A stretch of DNA of 64,000 nt from Leptogorgia sarmentosa (Eukaryota), in assembly GCA_964658305.1 (NCBI GenBank), contig OZ210885.1, positions 22,568,001 to 22,632,000 of the forward strand, written 5' to 3'. Positions 59,166 to 64,000 of the stretch are shown in pieces. The position numbers and the translations under genes were made by a program. Every line of letters begins with the position of its first letter. Positions within the stretch are counted from its first letter, which is position 1. The notes under the pieces were generated by a model. That model ran no database searches, was not told where the DNA came from, and was given only the letters and a program-made list of their open reading frames with translations.

Positions 59166-60265
59166 TTAGTTGTTATTTTTTTCTGAACATGCAACTGTAT
59201 CATGTGAAGCTCCAAGTGTTTCACCATGATTTATCCCAAAGAATGCAGGTGGTTGAAATGGTTGTTGTGAATGTGGGAAATACTGATGAGGATTATTTTG
59301 ATGCATTTGGGATATCCCAATCATGGTTTGAGATAACATACTGAACATCTGACCAAAGAATTCTCTGTCTTCCTTCTTTTCTTTTTCTCTCACCTCTGGT
59401 GACACAATGCTACTTGCAATCAAATTGGTTATGTTTCCCAGCTGTTCATTTGACTTTTCGATTACATCAGAAAGACGTGCTTTCTTGCTGCGAGATGCTC
59501 TTACAATTTTTTTCTCTCGTTTTTGTGGGTTACTTGCACTGGCAGATTCCTCGTTCTCTGACATATCTAATGCTGCATCATTAACTTTCAAATTGATCGA
59601 CCCAACCTTTTCTGGGAAGAAATTATTTCGCTAACCTCAGAATGATATTTCGTCAAAAATTCTTTCTTCAATATTGGTTTAGAAACAAACTTGGAGTAGG
59701 GTTAGGTAAAGGTTAGGTCAAGGATTTGGATTAGGGTTTATATAGGGTTAGAATTTGTGTTTGGAATAGGGTTAGTTAGTTACGTTTTGTCACTCTGAGG
59801 CCAGCGAAATAACCTCTTTCCCTTTTCTGTCCTAAAGTTATCATGCAAACATGTATAGAAAATGAGCAGCATTTGGCATTAAATTTATTTAAGTTTTATT
59901 TGAACAATTACTCATCAATATTTACCTAGAATCCTATCCAATTGATCCCAAACTTTTAAAGCAGTTTTTTCTACACTTGATAGAGCACTCGAAAAGTACG
60001 GCCTCTCAGATCCAGACTGTTTCATACGATCTTTTAACTTGCTGTAACCACTTCTCAATTTCTTAATTTTCGTTTCTATTTGGGACGTTGTTCTGTCGAT
60101 ATTTGAGTGCTCTTTTAGTATCCTGCTAATTTCATCGTAAACAACCTTGTTAGTTGCCATTCCATCGATAGCTTCTTGAATTATTTGTTCTCCATACGCA
60201 TCCAATAATGATTTTGTTTCTGCTTCTGTCCATCTGCTCCCTGAACAAGCCGCCATGTTGTTCAT
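59166..60265 (-). pseudogene. Harbinger 3 Myb/SANT (trihelix-like) partner gene, interrupted by a MITE
   Basis: RWTEAETKSLLDAYG...NKVVYDEIS...RTTSQIETKIKKLRSGY; downstream exon 59166-~59830. Confidence 0.85.
59614..59822. mobile_element. MITE with internal degenerate TTAGGG-like repeats
   Basis: Imperfect TIR gggaagaaattatttcgctaacctcaga / tctgaggccagcgaaataacctctttccc; 6-bp TSD TTTTCT. Confidence 0.8.
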
Positions 60266-61959
60266 GTTGGGCACGGTGCCGTTGTTGGGTACTACCCCTT
60301 GAGGTAGTGCCCGTTTTAGGGCACCGTGCCCGAATTCTTTTGCGAGTACCGCGATCACACTGGTGCTCAAACAAGTGCCGTACCCAGGCACTAGTGCCGG
60401 GCACTCAGTCTGAACGACCCCTTAGATAACTGTAAAGTAGTAAAAGTACATCACATTGGCTATAACCTGAGTGTGAGAGCCTTACAACTGGCTATAACTG
60501 TACAGCCTAGCTTTTGTAGTTGATAAAGCTTGTGCATGAATATGAATCCCAGTAACAAAGATAATGCTATTTTCTACTTGGGTGTGTTGACCAACCTTGA
60601 GCATGGTATACTCATGGAATTGAAGGATAAACTGTTTTAATAAATACTGTTTTGCAGATATGGGAACAACTTATCCACAGGACTTTTTTTGGAAGGTGAC
60701 ACTGTTTATAAAATTCTAGAAGGCCAGAATGCTGTATGGCATCATTTAAAAAATAGAATTAAAATCTACACTTGGTGCACGGTAGACAATGCAAAACTCA
60801 TATAGAAGCCCTCAAAATAAGTTACATAATAATGCAATGAGATTAATATAATTTGAACATCATGTTTAACATGATGGAAGCAAATGTGTCTTGCAACTAG
60901 AGATGTAGTAATGTTGTACAGGAATTTTAGAAAAGCGTGGATCAAGTGTGACGAAAATCTTGTCAGGGTTGCTCTGACAAGAATCACAGGTTGAATCTCA
61001 TGTTGCTGCTCATGTGTCGTATCTCAGATATGGGTGAGATTTGTCACAGCCATAAGCAGTTCAATGACATTTTAAAGGCATGAATGTAGTATGGGTGTAT
61101 TATCAGTAGTGTGTATATCTAAAATATATCCTTTTAGGTTTCGATTTCATTGAATATTGTTATATTTCACTGGTTAACTCAGGTTAAGTCATGTGTAGAT
61201 ATTAGCATATAATTATCATGCATGCGATGATAATAATATTCGAAATAAGGATTTGCAATATTGGCGCGTCAACAGTGGTGGTTTATATTAACCTTCGGTC
61301 AGAGATATTCAAAAATATCCGCACAATAGTATTGTGATTGAGTGATTCTACTTATTTAGGCAAGATATTTTTGTTTGGTCATGGTTATACGAACGTATTT
61401 AGACATGACTTTTTCAGTAATCGGGCAAGCTGCCTATGAATGCGAAGCCACCGCGTGGGAAATATAACATTGTTTACATGCTATAGTATTTGTGTCCTAT
61501 TGTTGACATGAAATTGTATCCACATTATTTTTTTCGCTAAATGCGCCTCTATTTTACTCAGTTTGAAAATGCGAATTTCTGCACTAAAGGTTTGCTCAGA
61601 ACGCAGGAAATGGCATTTGCGAGGTCCACATTTCAAAAATTCTCCGGGGGGACTGCCCTAATTCCGAAAAAATAATTGATTTTTTGGTATACACAACCAT
61701 TGCCCGATTTTTAGTCAAGCTGGTTAACAACGTTTATTCATTTAAATCTCGAGTTTGTTGGTGGTAGCGCTAATCTAATCTTCGTCGTTTTTCGAACCCT
61801 ATTTTGTGTGATTTTTGCCCTGATGATGGTCAGCATTTTCTATCAATTCAGTTATTTTTATAGATCAACGAGTAAATTTTTACATTCGGTCAGCGGAAAT
61901 TCCCACAAATTGCGTGGTTGCATCTGTGGTTATGTATACTGAAAAATGGATATGATACA

Positions 61960-63480
61960 TATATCCGTGTAGGATTCTGAGTAGTCGAATTGACCCGGTT
62001 ATCTGTCGAACTGCCATTCGAAGGGCCAATGACTTGTGGGATAGTTTCCTTCCTTTTGATTCCGCATATACCAGGTCTTGTGCTATTGATACCACTTTCA
62101 TTCTCTCGATTGGACTGATTGCTACCGTTTCGGGCGGCCAATCAGAATCTACTCCTTTACATTCATTCAGAAGCTTTCTAATTTCCATGGCGGCAGTGAA
62201 CAATATCTGTAGTGAACAGTTTGGCATTGGAGGTGTCGTTCCTTTATCTTCGTGTTCACCATCTTCACCGAGTTTGCTGTGGTCGTTTTCACCGTCATTA
62301 TTGTAATCATCCCCTTCATCTTCTTCGGTATCAGAATCACTCTGTATTGTCGTCATGTCATCTGCTACATCACCTGCTGTCAGGCTATCATCGTAGACCA
62401 GAGTTCCTTGATTCATAGTTTTCGAGCGATGGAAAACTAGGTATTGATAACGTGTTTGAATTCTCTTCCTAAGCCTAGAAGCTTTGTAGGGTACATCAAC
62501 CATTTCAATTTCTTGTACACAGGAGGTAAATCTCTTTAACAAAATGCCAAGTAATAGAACTTCTTTATTCTTGATGATTCTCTTCTCGATTATTTCTAAA
62601 CAAAACTTATCAAAAGCTTTGTCATACAAGGTTGGACCAATGATCTTCCTTTCTCTCAAAAGGCATGCCGTATACGTCTGGTAACATCGTTTGTGGTACC
62701 TGGCTTCAATAGCAACACAGTCTCTCCCACGGATATGAATGAGAATGCTTTCATCGTTCCTTAACAATGCCGCCTCCTCTAATCTCCTGGCCGTCACGGT
62801 TTGAGCCAATGATAACTCGTGTTTAACATGTTTTTTCGTTGCCTGCAAATATGAGTATTTGTTTCTGATGAAAATTTTGTTGGCGGGGATATAAAAAGAT
62901 ACAAAAAGTATATGGTTTCGGAAAAACTGAAAATAGGGGTTAGGGCAAGTTCAGGTCAGCCCCTCAAATCCTGTGGCCGTGCCTGATAACCATACTGTAC
63001 TATGTTTTTATTGAGACTAAAATACTTTGGAATAAATTAATATTACAAAAACACATATTAAACAAATCTCAGGCAAAACATTTGATGATCGAGGAGGAAA
63101 AGATTGTCGAGTAGTTCGGGTCACTTTTTCTGCTCTCGGACAGTTGGTCTGAGTATTGTCATCGGCCACTCGCTTGGGATCGGCAGCATTAGTCAACATA
63201 GTTTTGGCTCTATCAAGTTTACTTTTGTCTGTAAAACTTCGATAACAGGCAGGATGAAAGCAATATGTTTTTGCAATATTTTCCGGGTTTAAATCGTCAG
63301 TTTCATGAATAAACTCAAACAACTTTTTAGCGACTTCAGTAAAGGCTTTATACGAGGATGGCAGACTTAACCACTCCTTTCTTATTTCCAAAATTCTATT
63401 CAAGGTTTCACTTGTTAATTCTCTAAGCTATCCGTCTTTACCCTCGAAATGAATGAGACATACTCGATGAGATTCACCAC
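61960..63480 (-). pseudogene. AcademX 3 remnant: first two exons, internal deletion, truncated
   Basis: FHPACYRSFTD...VLPEICLIC; RDCVAIEARYHKRCY, DWPP, SIAQDLVY...KSLAL..AVRQITG, colinear with AcademX 2. Confidence 0.85.
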
Positions 63481-64000
63481 TACTAGCACTGCAAGTAGTT
63501 TCCATTTTGGATTTTTTTCCTGAATTTATTAACCCCCGTAGAAATACCTTGCCATCGTTCTAAATGACAACGCGGCCACAATTTGAAGCATAGCAATCTT
63601 GTACCCTGAGCCTGCGATCTTTGTTGGAAGAGTCGAAGGCTCTGAGATAATCCATGAATTTGGGCGAATCTGATTAGCTGTTGAGACCGAACAGTATTTT
63701 GCAATAATTAAGCAACAATGGCTGCCAAATAGGAGTGCGAGAAGAAGTTCGTGGTATCTGTATCTCTGGTCTTGAATTCTCTTCGAAATTTTAACAACTT
63801 CAGAAGTATTCAATAATTAAAACTATGCCAGACATGAAAATTACGAAAATATCAATGGTTATTTATAAGATCAATCGAAATTATATTCAGTTCAAGAATG
63901 AAGAGTGAATGAGTGATTTAGAAATAATTCAAATAGAAGAATTATAGCAATGGAACTGATCATCTACATAAAGACACGGTTCAAGAAATGTGTGTAAAAT

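Larger units (their letters stand above)
53886..60421. mobile_element. PIF/Harbinger transposon 3, both genes interrupted
   Basis: TIR GGGGTCGTTCA(A/G)ACTGAGTGCCCGGCAC; TTA TSD (53883-53885, 60422-60424). Confidence 0.95.
49182..61658 (+). mobile_element. Degraded divergent hAT-like element split by two Harbingers; right end uncertain
   Basis: Left end CAGTGGCGTGCTGGCAGGGGGGGC; coding scraps (ICLTCY..DKNT|KQQHVDTVH; NIIDL...YIKFF...CIRCQMCF) parallel the 22074-27194 protein (NIHQL...YLEFF...LLRCNPCF); hAT-like subterminal sequence at ~61600-61658 but no right TIR. Confidence 0.55.

Noticed and set aside
59690..59780. Interstitial telomere
   Set aside because: The repeats are degenerate and enclosed by TIRs and a TSD.

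Overview
AT-rich eukaryotic DNA with GT-AG introns, probably from a marine invertebrate such as a cnidarian (inferred from the transposon families present). I see no host gene, rRNA, tRNA or CRISPR array. The window is almost entirely a nested pile of transposable elements, most of which can be delimited by TIRs and target-site duplications (TSDs). From left to right: (1) a DIRS-type tyrosine-recombinase retrotransposon; (2) a probable IS3EU-type element carrying a spliced HECT E3 ligase gene, with a Tc1 in one intron; (3) an intact hAT; (4) a ~0.8 kb fold-back element expanded to 16.5 kb by nested insertions (a second fold-back holding an OTU/vertnin-like hAT remnant, a Harbinger, a CACTG-ended element, a hAT MITE and a divergent PHD-finger hAT); (5) a P element (THAP9-like) hit by an AcademX and a MITE; (6) a multi-exon KDZ/HMGXB3-like transposase gene interrupted by an apparently intact 7-exon AcademX; (7) a 128-bp tandem array and a second IS3EU-like remnant; (8) a degraded divergent hAT split by two Harbingers, one of which holds a 9-bp-TSD element with a ~2.4 kb internal palindrome; (9) a third AcademX remnant. 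Family assignments come from motif recognition by eye; no database search was run.
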